From the NCBI GenBank assembly GCA_965207735.1, contig OZ242296.1, forward strand, positions 1,376,001-1,440,000: 64,000 bases of DNA. Reading direction: 5' to 3'. Under the pieces are notes generated by a model. The model had not been told where the DNA came from and made no database searches. It saw only the letters and a list, made by a program, of their open reading frames with translations. The DNA comes from Candidatus Versatilivorator sp. GTDB taxonomy: Bacteria > Acidobacteriota > Terriglobia > Versatilivoradales > Versatilivoraceae. A program made the position numbers and the translations under genes. Below, in pieces: positions 12,786-22,256 of the stretch (position 1 is the stretch's first letter; each line of letters opens with the position of its first letter).

Positions 12786-13487
12786 TCAACCGCCAGCCCC
12801 GCGACGGGAAGACTGCCGGACGAAGAACTGGGCCAGCGGCAGGTCCGAGGGCTTGGTAATCTTGATGTTCCGCTCACTGCCCAGCAGTACCGTGACCGGA
12901 TAACCCAAACGCTCCACCAGACAGGACTCGTCGCTGGCGTAATAGTTGTCGGCACGAGCCCTTTCCAGAGCATCTCTCAGAATCTCGTAGCGAAAGGCTT
13001 GCGGAGTCTGAACCATGACAATCTTTTCGCGAGGCAGAGTAGCCACCACCCGTTGTCGTTCCACCTGCTTGACCGTATCGATACAGGGGAGGGCAAGGAT
13101 AGCGCTGCCCTTATCAGCCGCCGCATCGATAACGGACTCGATCATTGCCACCTCCACAAAGGGCCTGACACCGTCGTGGACCACCACGATGTCGGTGCCT
13201 GGGTCAATGGCCCTGAAGGCGTTGTAGACCGATTCCTGGCGGTGGGCTCCACCGGCTACCAGATGGGCGAAGTTCGACAGCCCCCGCTGCTCCAACTCCT
13301 GGCGGAAAACCGGCATGTCCGCCACTCTGAGCGAGACGCAGGCGCCCGTAACCCGTCCGCAGGCCACGAACTTTCCCAAGGTGTGGATGAGTACCGAACC
13401 GTCCCCCAGCGGAATGAACTGTTTGGGGCCGGAGGACTTCATCCGAGTCCCGACTCCCGCCGCCGGTATGATGGCAGCCACGTTCAT
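12786..13487 (-). CDS. ispD: 2-C-methyl-D-erythritol 4-phosphate cytidylyltransferase
   Basis: PAAGVGTRM..PKQF, VHDGVRPF, VQTPQAF, NIKITKPSDL. Confidence 0.95.
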   Translation of the reverse strand: MNVAAIIPAAGVGTRMKSSGPKQFIPLGDGSVLIHTLGKFVACGRVTGACVSLRVADMPVFRQELEQRGLSNFAHLVAGGAHRQESVYNAFRAIDPGTDIVVVHDGVRPFVEVAMIESVIDAAADKGSAILALPCIDTVKQVERQRVVATLPREKIVMVQTPQAFRYEILRDALERARADNYYASDESCLVERLGYPVTVLLGSERNIKITKPSDLPLAQFFVRQSSRRGAGG

Positions 13488-14500
13488 GGTCCAACGGCTT
13501 CCATCTTGTGAGAGCGGTCGTGGTAGCGACCGAATATCATCTTGCCCGCGGTGGTCTGGAGGACGCTGGTGACCGATGTGTCAATGGTCTTTCCGATCAT
13601 CTTCCTGGCGTTATCCACCACCACCATGGTGCCGTCATCGAGGTAGGCCACCCCCTGGTTGTACTCTTTGCCCTCTTTGAGAATGAATACCTTCATCACC
13701 TCGCCGGGAAGGACGACCGGCTTCAGCGAATTGGCCAACTCATTGATATTCAACACGGGAACATCTTGCAACTGAGCTATTTTGTTGAGATTGAAGTCGT
13801 TGGTAACAATCTTGGCATCCAGGTCCTTGGCCAGCTCGATGAGCTTCAGGTCCACTTCCCGGATGTGAGGAAAATCCTTCTCCAGAATCTGAACTTCAAT
13901 CCCGGCCATTTTCTGTATGCGCTGCAGGATATCCAGACCGCGCCGACCGCGATTTCGCTTCAGGGAATCTGCCGAATCGGCTACCTGCTGGAGCTCACGC
14001 AGCACAAACTGCGGTACGAGCAGGACTCCGTCGATAAAGCCGGTCTCACAGACGTCAGCAACGCGTCCGTCAATGATCACGCTGGTATCCAGGATCTTGT
14101 AGTTCTTTCCGCTGCGCCTCTCCCCGGCAAAAAACCCGCCCAAAGCCGACAGGTTGAGAAGGTCGCCCTTGTTGGCTCCCATCACCAGACCGACGTACCC
14201 CATGAAAAGGAACAGTCCGATTTGAAGAAACGACATGGTTTCGGGGTCCATGGTGGTCTTGACCAGCATGCTGCCGATCATGGCGGCTCCGCTGATGCCC
14301 AGAATGGACCCGATGGCAGCTCCGATGAGCTGTTTCAACGAGGTCTTTCTCAAGCGCACTTCGAATACGATGATCGCCGCGGAAGCCACGCCCCCGACAG
14401 CCGCCGCCCAGGGCTTGGTCAAATCAAATGGCTGAAAGTAATAGCAGCTGAAAATGAAAACCGCACAAAACACCACCCGAACAAAAGTTGTCTCCAACAA
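13484..14500 (-). CDS. PIN/TRAM domain membrane protein (YacL family)
   Basis: Four N-terminal TM segments, LDTSVIIDGR, TNDFNLNK, YLDDGTMVVV; usual linkage to ispD. Confidence 0.92.
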   Translation of the reverse strand: MLETTFVRVVFCAVFIFSCYYFQPFDLTKPWAAAVGGVASAAIIVFEVRLRKTSLKQLIGAAIGSILGISGAAMIGSMLVKTTMDPETMSFLQIGLFLFMGYVGLVMGANKGDLLNLSALGGFFAGERRSGKNYKILDTSVIIDGRVADVCETGFIDGVLLVPQFVLRELQQVADSADSLKRNRGRRGLDILQRIQKMAGIEVQILEKDFPHIREVDLKLIELAKDLDAKIVTNDFNLNKIAQLQDVPVLNINELANSLKPVVLPGEVMKVFILKEGKEYNQGVAYLDDGTMVVVDNARKMIGKTIDTSVTSVLQTTAGKMIFGRYHDRSHKMEAVGP

Positions 14501-14839
14501 CTGGTCTCACCCCCTTCGAATCAGGACGGAACGCCCGCAACTTGGCTGGAAAGAGCCGCAATATTCGGCACAATAATTGACAAGGGAACAACTGGTACAG
14601 GCAGGTCTTTCGGCGAGAAGAAGCTTGGAGGAACAATCAACAGGCTGCCTGCCGACGTTGGTCATTTTGAAACCCCATTTCATTCGGAGCACTGAATCAG
14701 TGTCTTGAATCGAATTCCATGGGAGTCGCAGGAAGTCGCATCCCGCGTGGGTGCAGTATAGCATTGTACCGGTGTTGCATTCAACCGCCGCGCCGTTTCG
14801 CCGGGAAGAACTTGTCCCAGCAAGCTCAAACACTTATAC

Positions 14840-17296
14840 TTGACGGAGCGTTCGTCTTGGTTGAGCACACTCGCGGTGAATCCCACCCCTCTTCGCCCCG
14901 AAGTCCATGTTGGGCCGGTTCCGGTGGCATCCGGACCTGGCCGCCTGCCGTTTCTGCTGGCCTTTCTGGCCATTTTTGTATCACCGCCCCTGCAAGCTTC
15001 CACCTTCGAACGGGAGGTGCTGCCTTTCCTGGCGCGGCACTGCCTGCAGTGCCACAACGCCAATCTCAGAACCGCCGAAATCGATCTGAGTGAATTCGAC
15101 CCCCGACTGCCGGTCCGAGACAGGCAGGAGTTGTGGCAGGCCGTGCTGAGGGAGCTTCGCGCCGGCCGCATGCCCCCGCCGGGCAGTCCACGTCCGACCG
15201 TGGATCAATTGAGGACCATAGGCGAGTGGATCGAGGCGAGACTCGAGGAAGAGGCTGCCGGCGTGTCACCCAGCCCGGGACGGGTCACGGCCAGGCGGCT
15301 CAATCGAAGTGAATACGACAATACCGTTCGCGACTGGTTGGGCCTGGATCTTCACTTGTCGGAGAACTTTCCGCTGGATGATTCCGGTTACGGATTCGAC
15401 AACATCGGGGATGTGCTCTCGCTCTCTCCGCTGTTAATGGAAAAATACCTGGCGGCTGCCGAAGAGATCGCCGGCCGAGCTGTGGTGGTTCGGCGAAAAA
15501 CAAGGCCCATGCTGGCCCGTTACCTGGCCTCCCGAAGCCGGCAGCCCCCCTCTGTTCCGGAAGGCGTCCACACCGTACCCTACTCGCCCGAGGGCGAGCT
15601 TCGCGCCCGGCATTCCTTTCCCTCCCCGGGAGAGTACGAACTGAGGGTCAGACTGGTGGACAGAAGGAGAATGCCGCCGGCCGAAGAGGGACAGTGGGCG
15701 CCGGCCGAGCTGCCTTCAGCCACCCTGTCGGTCCTGCTTGACGACAGCACCCTTCAGACCTTTCACGTCGAGACAGACGCATACCACAGGGGCACCTTCG
15801 ACATTCGCATCCGGGTCGAATCGGGTGTGCATCGGCTGGACGCGTTGCCCCGGTTGGATTCCGAGTCGCTGGGTACGATTTTCAACCAGGCGGTCTGGGA
15901 GGACAGAGTGGAGGATCCCCCGGAACGCCTGGTCTATGCCGATTCCATGGAAATCCTGGGTCCATTCAATGTGAAGCCAAAGCCCCTGACCGACAGCCAT
16001 CGCCGGGTCCTGATCTGCGGTCACCAGCCCGAGAAACACCTGGAGGAATGCACCGATTCGATTCTGCGGAACCTGACGTTGCGAGCCTACCGCCGGCCTG
16101 CAACCGAGCAGGAGATCAACCGGTTGCGCGGCCTGGTAGCCTCGGCTCAAGGTGACGGTGAGCCCTTGGAACGAGGAATCCAGCTGGCTCTTCAAGCCGT
16201 CCTGGCCTCGCCCCATTTCCTCTTTCGACCTGAATTCGATCCGGAGGCCGGCCCCGCCGGTTCCCATTACCCCGTAGGACCCTACGAACTCGCCTCTCGT
16301 CTCTCCTACTTCCTCTGGAGCAGCCTGCCCGACGACGAACTCTTCGCTTTGGCCCGGGAAGCCAAAATTCACGATCCTCGGGTTATGAGGCAACAGGTGG
16401 GGCGGATGCTCAAGGATCCCAAGTCCGAGGCCCTGGTGGAAAATTTTGCCGGGCAGTGGCTGCAACTAAGGAATCTGGAGAGCGCCCAACCCGACCCCGA
16501 CCGGTTTCCCGACTTTGACGAACCATTGCGGGAGGCCATGCGTCGCGAAACGGAGCTCTTTTTCCGATGGATCCTGGAAAAGGACCGCAGCCTGATCGAT
16601 TTTCTGGACGCCAACTACACCTTCCTCAACCAGCGTCTGGCCCGTCACTACGGGCATCCAGGAATCGAAGGCCCGCTGTTCCGGAGGATTGAGATTGCCG
16701 GTGATCAGCGAGGAGGACTGATGACACATGCCAGCATCCTGACTGTGTCGTCCTATCCGACCCGAACCTCCCCGGTATTGCGGGGCAAGTGGATCCTGGA
16801 AACCCTCCTTGGCGCCCCACCTCCGCCACCACCGGTCATGGAGACACTCGAGGAAGAACCGGAGAGTGGCTCGATGACCCTGAGGCAACGCCTGGAGAAA
16901 CACCGGAGCCAACCTGCCTGCGCCGCCTGCCACCAGAAGATGGACGCCCTGGGTTTCGGGTTGGAAAACTACGACGCTATCGGAGCCTGGCGGACGAAAG
17001 ACGGCGGGGTCCCGGTCGACGCCGCCGGAGAGTTGCCGGGCGGACGCTCGTTTCAGGGACCGAAGGGTCTCAAGGCGCTGCTGGCCCAAACGGAGCGCGA
17101 CGCATTCGTTCGCTGCCTGACCGAAAAAATGTTAACCTACGCCCTGGGAAGAGGCCTGGAATCCTACGACAAGGCCGCCGTTGACCGGATCTGCCGGGAA
17201 TTGGAAAACAACGGCTTCAGGTTCAGCCAACTGGTCCAATCCATTGTCGAGAGCCTGCCGTTCCAAATGAGGGCCACCAACGGAGGAGGATCATGA
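14840..17296 (+). CDS. DUF1592/DUF1588-family protein with heme-c (CxxCH) motifs (Planctomycete-cytochrome-like)
   Basis: CLQCH, RRLNRSEYDNT, ELASRLSYFLW, TRTSPVLRGKW, CAACH; start codon uncertain. Confidence 0.88.
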   Translation: MTERSSWLSTLAVNPTPLRPEVHVGPVPVASGPGRLPFLLAFLAIFVSPPLQASTFEREVLPFLARHCLQCHNANLRTAEIDLSEFDPRLPVRDRQELWQAVLRELRAGRMPPPGSPRPTVDQLRTIGEWIEARLEEEAAGVSPSPGRVTARRLNRSEYDNTVRDWLGLDLHLSENFPLDDSGYGFDNIGDVLSLSPLLMEKYLAAAEEIAGRAVVVRRKTRPMLARYLASRSRQPPSVPEGVHTVPYSPEGELRARHSFPSPGEYELRVRLVDRRRMPPAEEGQWAPAELPSATLSVLLDDSTLQTFHVETDAYHRGTFDIRIRVESGVHRLDALPRLDSESLGTIFNQAVWEDRVEDPPERLVYADSMEILGPFNVKPKPLTDSHRRVLICGHQPEKHLEECTDSILRNLTLRAYRRPATEQEINRLRGLVASAQGDGEPLERGIQLALQAVLASPHFLFRPEFDPEAGPAGSHYPVGPYELASRLSYFLWSSLPDDELFALAREAKIHDPRVMRQQVGRMLKDPKSEALVENFAGQWLQLRNLESAQPDPDRFPDFDEPLREAMRRETELFFRWILEKDRSLIDFLDANYTFLNQRLARHYGHPGIEGPLFRRIEIAGDQRGGLMTHASILTVSSYPTRTSPVLRGKWILETLLGAPPPPPPVMETLEEEPESGSMTLRQRLEKHRSQPACAACHQKMDALGFGLENYDAIGAWRTKDGGVPVDAAGELPGGRSFQGPKGLKALLAQTERDAFVRCLTEKMLTYALGRGLESYDKAAVDRICRELENNGFRFSQLVQSIVESLPFQMRATNGGGS

Positions 17297-18636
17297 CGCC
17301 ACGACATCTTCCACGGCGAACCTTTCTGCGTGGGATGGGAGTAGCCATCGGCCTCCCCTGGCTGGATGCCATGGTTCCCGCCTTTGCCGCCAAGGCCCCG
17401 ACCTCGGCGGACTCACCGACCCGACTGGCCTTTGTCTACGTTCCCAATGGAATCATCATGTCCGACTGGACGCCGGCCGCAGTGGGCTCAGACTTCGAGC
17501 TGCCGTCCATCCTGCAGCCCCTGGAGGACTACCGCAACGACTGCCTCTGGCTCAGCGGACTGACCCACAACAACGGCCGTGCTCTCGGCGACGGTCCCGG
17601 CGACCACGCCCGGGCCGCGGCTTCCTACCTCACCGGAGTCCATCCCAAGAAGACCCAGGGAGTGGATATCCGGAATGGCATCTCGGTGGACCAGATTGCG
17701 GCTCAGGCCGTCGGCGGCCGGACCCGCTTTGCCTCCCTGGAGCTGGGAACCGAACACACCCGCCTGGTCGGCAATTGCGACTCCGGTTACAGCTGCGCCT
17801 ACAACAACAGCATTTCCTGGCGCAGCCCCACCAGTCCCATGCCGCCCGAGGTCAATCCAAGCTCGATCTTCAATCGCCTCTTCGGCGCCCCTCGGGATGC
17901 GAACGAATCCAGCCAAACCCGCGCCAAGGACCGGACCAGCATTCTGGACCTGGTCCAGGACGAGGCGCGCAGTCTTTTCAATCGCCTGGGTCCGGTGGAC
18001 CGCCGCAAGCTGGACGAATACCTGTTTGCGGTCCGCGACATCGAAAAACGAATCGAGTCGCTCCAGAGCGAGCCGGCCGAACCGGCGCCGGACATGGACA
18101 TACCCGAGGGCATCCCCATCGAATTTGTCGAGCACCTGCGACTGCTGTACGATCTTCAGACGGTGGCCTTCCAGACGAACCTGACCCGTGTTACAACTCT
18201 GATGGTGGGGCGGGAGGGCAGCAACCGAACCTACCGGGAGATCGGCGTGGCCGGAGCGCACCACGGACTCACTCACCACCAGGGAGATCAGGCCAAGATC
18301 GAGCAGATCACCAGGATCAACCGCTACCACGTGGAGCAGTTCGCCTATTGGCTGGGAAAACTGAAGTCGATTTCCGACGGCGACGGCAGTTTGCTTGACA
18401 ACCTCATGGTTGTCTACGGTAGCGGTCTCAGCGACGGCAACGAACACCTGCACCACGACCTGCCGGTGATGGTCGCCGGACGTGGTTCCGGGAGCCTCCA
18501 CCCCGGCCGCCATGTCCGCTACCCCGACGAGACACCGTTGACCAATCTTTACATGACCCTGCTGAGCCACATGGGCGTCCATCCCGAGTCGATCGGCGAC
18601 AGCAACGGCCAACTACAGCTTCTGTCGGAGATTTGA
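17293..18636 (+). CDS. DUF1552 domain protein with Tat-like leader
   Basis: PRRTFLRG, FVYVPNG, CDSGYSCAY, HHGLTHH; ATGA overlap with its DUF1592 partner. Confidence 0.9.
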   Translation: MTPRHLPRRTFLRGMGVAIGLPWLDAMVPAFAAKAPTSADSPTRLAFVYVPNGIIMSDWTPAAVGSDFELPSILQPLEDYRNDCLWLSGLTHNNGRALGDGPGDHARAAASYLTGVHPKKTQGVDIRNGISVDQIAAQAVGGRTRFASLELGTEHTRLVGNCDSGYSCAYNNSISWRSPTSPMPPEVNPSSIFNRLFGAPRDANESSQTRAKDRTSILDLVQDEARSLFNRLGPVDRRKLDEYLFAVRDIEKRIESLQSEPAEPAPDMDIPEGIPIEFVEHLRLLYDLQTVAFQTNLTRVTTLMVGREGSNRTYREIGVAGAHHGLTHHQGDQAKIEQITRINRYHVEQFAYWLGKLKSISDGDGSLLDNLMVVYGSGLSDGNEHLHHDLPVMVAGRGSGSLHPGRHVRYPDETPLTNLYMTLLSHMGVHPESIGDSNGQLQLLSEI

Positions 18637-18649
18637 TCCTGGTCTGCCG

Positions 18650-19774
18650 GTGGCATATTCCGCACGCAACAGAATTAGAGCCCTGATCAGGAGCGCCGGC
18701 GTTGTCACGCTCCTGGCCATCAGCGCGCCAATGTACGCCGAAACCCTCTTTAACGGCCGTCCTTCCCTGATTCTGGAGGGCCAGGCCGCCCGGTTGGTGG
18801 TGGATCTCGGTGGAGGTTCATTGGTGGACTTCCGCTTGAGCGGGCACTCCGTCAACCCTCTCCAGTGGGACCCGGGGGAATCGGTGGTCTTGAAACCCTT
18901 GGGCCATTTCCTCTGCCTGGATCGCTGGGGCGCGCCCTCGGAAGCCGAAGAAAGCAACGGGATGTTCTTTCACGGGGAGGCTACCCGGGTCGAGTGGACG
19001 GTTCACGAGGGACCGGCTCGCAAGGGTGATGCCGTGGAAGCGAAAATGTCGGCCCTGCTTCCCATGGCCGGACTTGAGGTCTTGCGGACCGTTCGCCTGT
19101 CCGACTCCTCGGCGAGCTGCATCGTCTCCGAAAGCGTTACCAACAGAAACAAGCTGGGGCGTATCTACAATATGGTCCAGCACCCCACCATCGGCCCCCC
19201 GTTCCTGGACGAGGGCACCCTGGTCGACAGCAACGCGCGCAAGGGCTTCATGCAGACCAGCCCCCTACCCAACCCGGAGGAGCCGGCAGTGTATTGGCCC
19301 CAGGCGCTCAAACAGGGTCAACCGCTGTCGCTGCGCAGACTGGCGGACGACTCGGACCCCAACGTGGTCTCTTTTGTCTTTGACGTAGACCTTGGCTGGA
19401 TCACCGCCAGCAGTCCCTCGCAAGGGTTGCTGATCGGGTACCTGTGGAGCACTGCGGAGTACCCCTGGCTCAACATCTGGCGCCACTCGGAAAACGGCAA
19501 GCCGCAGGCGCGGGGACTGGAGTTCGGAACCAGCGGACTGCACCACCCCTTCCCGGTCCTGGTCGAGAAGGGCAGAATCTTCGGCCGACCGCTCTATGTT
19601 CACCTGGACGCCGGTCAGACCACGGTGCGGTCTTATCTGGCCTTCCTGTTCAAGATCCCCGAAGATTACCGGGGGGTGGCCGGCCTGACCTATCGGAGCG
19701 GCCGCCTGGTCATCCGGGAACTGGGAGGAAGCAGTGACCGGGACCTGAGCATGACCACCGGAGCCTTCCCTTAA
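18650..19774 (+). CDS. Secreted hypothetical protein, probable galactose-mutarotase-like fold
   Basis: Signal peptide; GHFLCLDRWG, HGEA, QHPTIG, RGLEFG. Confidence 0.6.
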   Translation: MAYSARNRIRALIRSAGVVTLLAISAPMYAETLFNGRPSLILEGQAARLVVDLGGGSLVDFRLSGHSVNPLQWDPGESVVLKPLGHFLCLDRWGAPSEAEESNGMFFHGEATRVEWTVHEGPARKGDAVEAKMSALLPMAGLEVLRTVRLSDSSASCIVSESVTNRNKLGRIYNMVQHPTIGPPFLDEGTLVDSNARKGFMQTSPLPNPEEPAVYWPQALKQGQPLSLRRLADDSDPNVVSFVFDVDLGWITASSPSQGLLIGYLWSTAEYPWLNIWRHSENGKPQARGLEFGTSGLHHPFPVLVEKGRIFGRPLYVHLDAGQTTVRSYLAFLFKIPEDYRGVAGLTYRSGRLVIRELGGSSDRDLSMTTGAFP

Positions 19775-20277
19775 ACAAACGACAAACGACAAAAGAAAAA
19801 GACTTATCCACGAAGGGGCACAAAGAACGACGAAGGGCCACCAAGGCGCTGGAGAAGGCTCAAGAGGGATGGGGCGAAGGTCGGCAAGGGGATCAAGGAA
19901 GGACACAAGGGACAAAGAGGATTTGTCCGCGAAGAAGCAACAAGGACTGCGGCGGAGCCAGTGGGGGGCGCTTCCGATCCCATCGTGATTTACAGGGATG
20001 ATTAACATCGATGCACAGGATTCACAGGATTCTTCAGGAAACGGCCAGCTTCTAATGCCGGGAATCCGCAAATCCGCACCGGATCATCGCCCGAGTTGGC
20101 TTCTGGTGCAGGAAGCTCTCGTCCTGTTAATCCTGTTAATCCTGTGCATTGATGTTCAATAGGTAGAAATCCATGCTAACCGAACAGGGTCCTTGTTCCC
20201 GACCGGCTGTGAAGATTCGTTGTTTCACTCTCGTATGATCCGCACGGCAGGGCGGGGGCTCGGCTTGCCTGAAACAA
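19765..20277 (+). repeat. Non-coding repeat cassette A, copy 1 (intron-free), bounded by a 14-bp imperfect direct repeat
   Basis: Shares the 5' block GACTTATCCACGAAGGGGCAC..AAGAACGACGAAGGG and a 39/40-nt 3' block with the intron-containing copy at 30202-32393. Confidence 0.8.
20002..20159. repeat. Palindromic ~160-bp MITE-like repeat (ACAGGAT type), copy 1
   Basis: Ends AACATCGATGCACAGGATTCACAGGAT / ATCCTGTTAATCCTGTGCATTGATGTT. Confidence 0.8.
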
Positions 20278-20334
20278 ACCCCTTGCGCCGGGTGGCTGGA
20301 GACCGGCTCAAGGTCAAGCATGGGTAGTTGGTTT

Positions 20335-20495
20335 ATTCACATGGATGCACAGGATGCACAGGATTTTTTCCGGAGACGGCTGGCTTGCAGTCCTGGACAT
20401 CCGCAAATCCACACTCGATCATTGAGCGAGTCTGCTTCCCGCGCGACGGCCTCTCGTCCTGTTAATCCTGTTTATCCTGTGCATCGATGTTCAAT
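20335..20495. repeat. Palindromic ~160-bp MITE-like repeat (ACAGGAT type), copy 2
   Basis: Same inverted ends and a similar interior (ATCCGCAAATCC, CTCTCGTCCTGTTAATCCTG) as copy 1. Confidence 0.8.
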
Positions 20496-20750
20496 TTATA
20501 GTCTTTCTCGTTTGATCTTCCCCAAGGCGGGCCTTGGCTATGCCCAATGCCCCGATTCCCAGTCAGCGTTTCGTGCAGCGGCCTCTGGTCCTATTAATCC
20601 TGTCCCTTTGGTTGCCGCTCGCTTTCCCTGCGATGCCGCAGCCCACCCTCCTGCCAGCGGGAATCGCATGGGCTCGGCCGAAGCAGAGCCATGGCGCCGT
20701 TGCCGTTCGATCCGGGTCGAGAAAATGGGTGAGGCTATACCAGGATTTGT

Positions 20751-20773
20751 GCGGGCGGGACGCCCGCGCTCCC
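20751..20773 (+). repeat. REP-like palindrome GCGGGCGGGACGCCCGCGCTCCC
   Basis: Identical 23-mer in inverse orientation at 25402-25424; flanks are also similar. Confidence 0.75.
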
Positions 20774-20804
20774 GGGGGGGTCTTCTTCCCATGCCGCCGG
20801 GATC

Positions 20805-22256
20805 ATGAACGAACCCTGGAAAACGAAAATCACCGAGAGCACCCGGAATTCCTTCGGGAAAGCTCATCCGTTGCGGGTCTGCCTGCTGCTGGCGCTTGGC
20901 CTGGCTGCTCTCTCCATGCAGCCAAGCCGGGCCGAACCGCCCAAAGACAACCCCGAGGACATCCCTCCCCTGGAGTTGTTCTTTCAGGCCGGAGCCGCCA
21001 AGGAGGCCGACGCCAAACCTGCACTGGAGGCCATCAGCCGTTCCTGGCGAGACTCCTATACGGCCATGCTGGTCGAGCTCAGCGGTCCGACCTACCCTGA
21101 AATCAAGAGTCGGCTCTTTCGCTTCCTCAGCAAGCAGACCCGCCAATTCTTCGGGCAGGACCACCAGCGCTGGTTGAGGTGGGTCTGGAAGCAGCCCTAC
21201 GATCCCCACCCTGCATACCTCATCTTCAAGCGCTCCTTCTACAAGATCATCGATCCGCGAATGGTCAAGTTCTTCCCGCCGGGCGCCCGCTCCCTGGTCC
21301 GGCTGGACGAGGTGCAATGGGGAGGGGTGAAGGTCAACGGCATCCCTCCTCTCGACCACCCCGAGAACATTCCGGCCAGTGAGGCCGACTACCTCAAGGA
21401 CAACCACGTCGTCTTCGGTCTATCGGTGGAGGGCAGTGCTCGAGCCTATCCCAAGCGGATTCTGGCATGGCACGAGATGGCGCTGGACAGAGTGGGAGGG
21501 ACCGATATTACCCTGGTCTACTGCACCCTCTGCGGTACCGCCATCCCCTACAAGAGCGTCGTCGGGGGGCGGCACCGGACCTTCGGCACCAGCGGACTGA
21601 TCTATCGGGCCAACAAGCTGATGTTCGATCACGAGTCCAACAGTCTGTGGTCTACCCTGCTGGGAACACCGGTGATCGGTAAATTGGCGGGCTCCGGCCT
21701 CAAGCTGGAGTCACTTCCCATCGTGACCACCCGCTGGGGGGAATGGAGGAAGAAACACCCCGACACCACCGTCCTGTCTCTGGACACGGGGCATGAGCGT
21801 GACTACCGCGAGGGCCAGGCCTACAAGCGGTACTTTGCGACCGATTCGCTGATGTTCCAGGTGGCCGAGAGGGACAAGCGCCTGAGAAACAAGACCGAAG
21901 TCCTGGGCATTGTGCTCTCTCCCTACGCCCCCGACGGCAAGGAGCAGTCTCTGGCGGTCAGCTCGAGATTCCTGAAAAAGAATCCCGTGTTCCAGACCGA
22001 GCTGGCCGGCCACCGCCTGACCATCCTGACGACCCGAGCCGGCGCCAACCGTGTCTTCAAGACCGGGGAGCAAGGGTTCCAACGGCTGCTGCGGGATGAC
22101 CGGGTGGTCGACGACAGCGGAAAAGCCTGGAAAATGACCGAAGACGGCCTGATTTCCGAGGAAAACCCCGACCGAGTGTTGCCTCGAGTCCCGGCCTTCC
22201 GCGCCTTTTGGTTCGGGTGGTTCGCTCAATATCCCGAGACCCGGCTGGTCAAGTAA
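20805..22256 (+). CDS. DUF3179 domain-containing secreted protein
   Basis: WGGVKVNGIPPLD, RAYP.RILAWHE, YCTLCG, FGTSGL, AFWFGWFAQYP. Confidence 0.85.
   Translation: MNEPWKTKITESTRNSFGKAHPLRVCLLLALGLAALSMQPSRAEPPKDNPEDIPPLELFFQAGAAKEADAKPALEAISRSWRDSYTAMLVELSGPTYPEIKSRLFRFLSKQTRQFFGQDHQRWLRWVWKQPYDPHPAYLIFKRSFYKIIDPRMVKFFPPGARSLVRLDEVQWGGVKVNGIPPLDHPENIPASEADYLKDNHVVFGLSVEGSARAYPKRILAWHEMALDRVGGTDITLVYCTLCGTAIPYKSVVGGRHRTFGTSGLIYRANKLMFDHESNSLWSTLLGTPVIGKLAGSGLKLESLPIVTTRWGEWRKKHPDTTVLSLDTGHERDYREGQAYKRYFATDSLMFQVAERDKRLRNKTEVLGIVLSPYAPDGKEQSLAVSSRFLKKNPVFQTELAGHRLTILTTRAGANRVFKTGEQGFQRLLRDDRVVDDSGKAWKMTEDGLISEENPDRVLPRVPAFRAFWFGWFAQYPETRLVK

Noticed and set aside
19775-20500. CRISPR array
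   Set aside because: The repeats are degenerate and palindromic, with no constant repeat and unique spacer period, and there are no cas genes in the window
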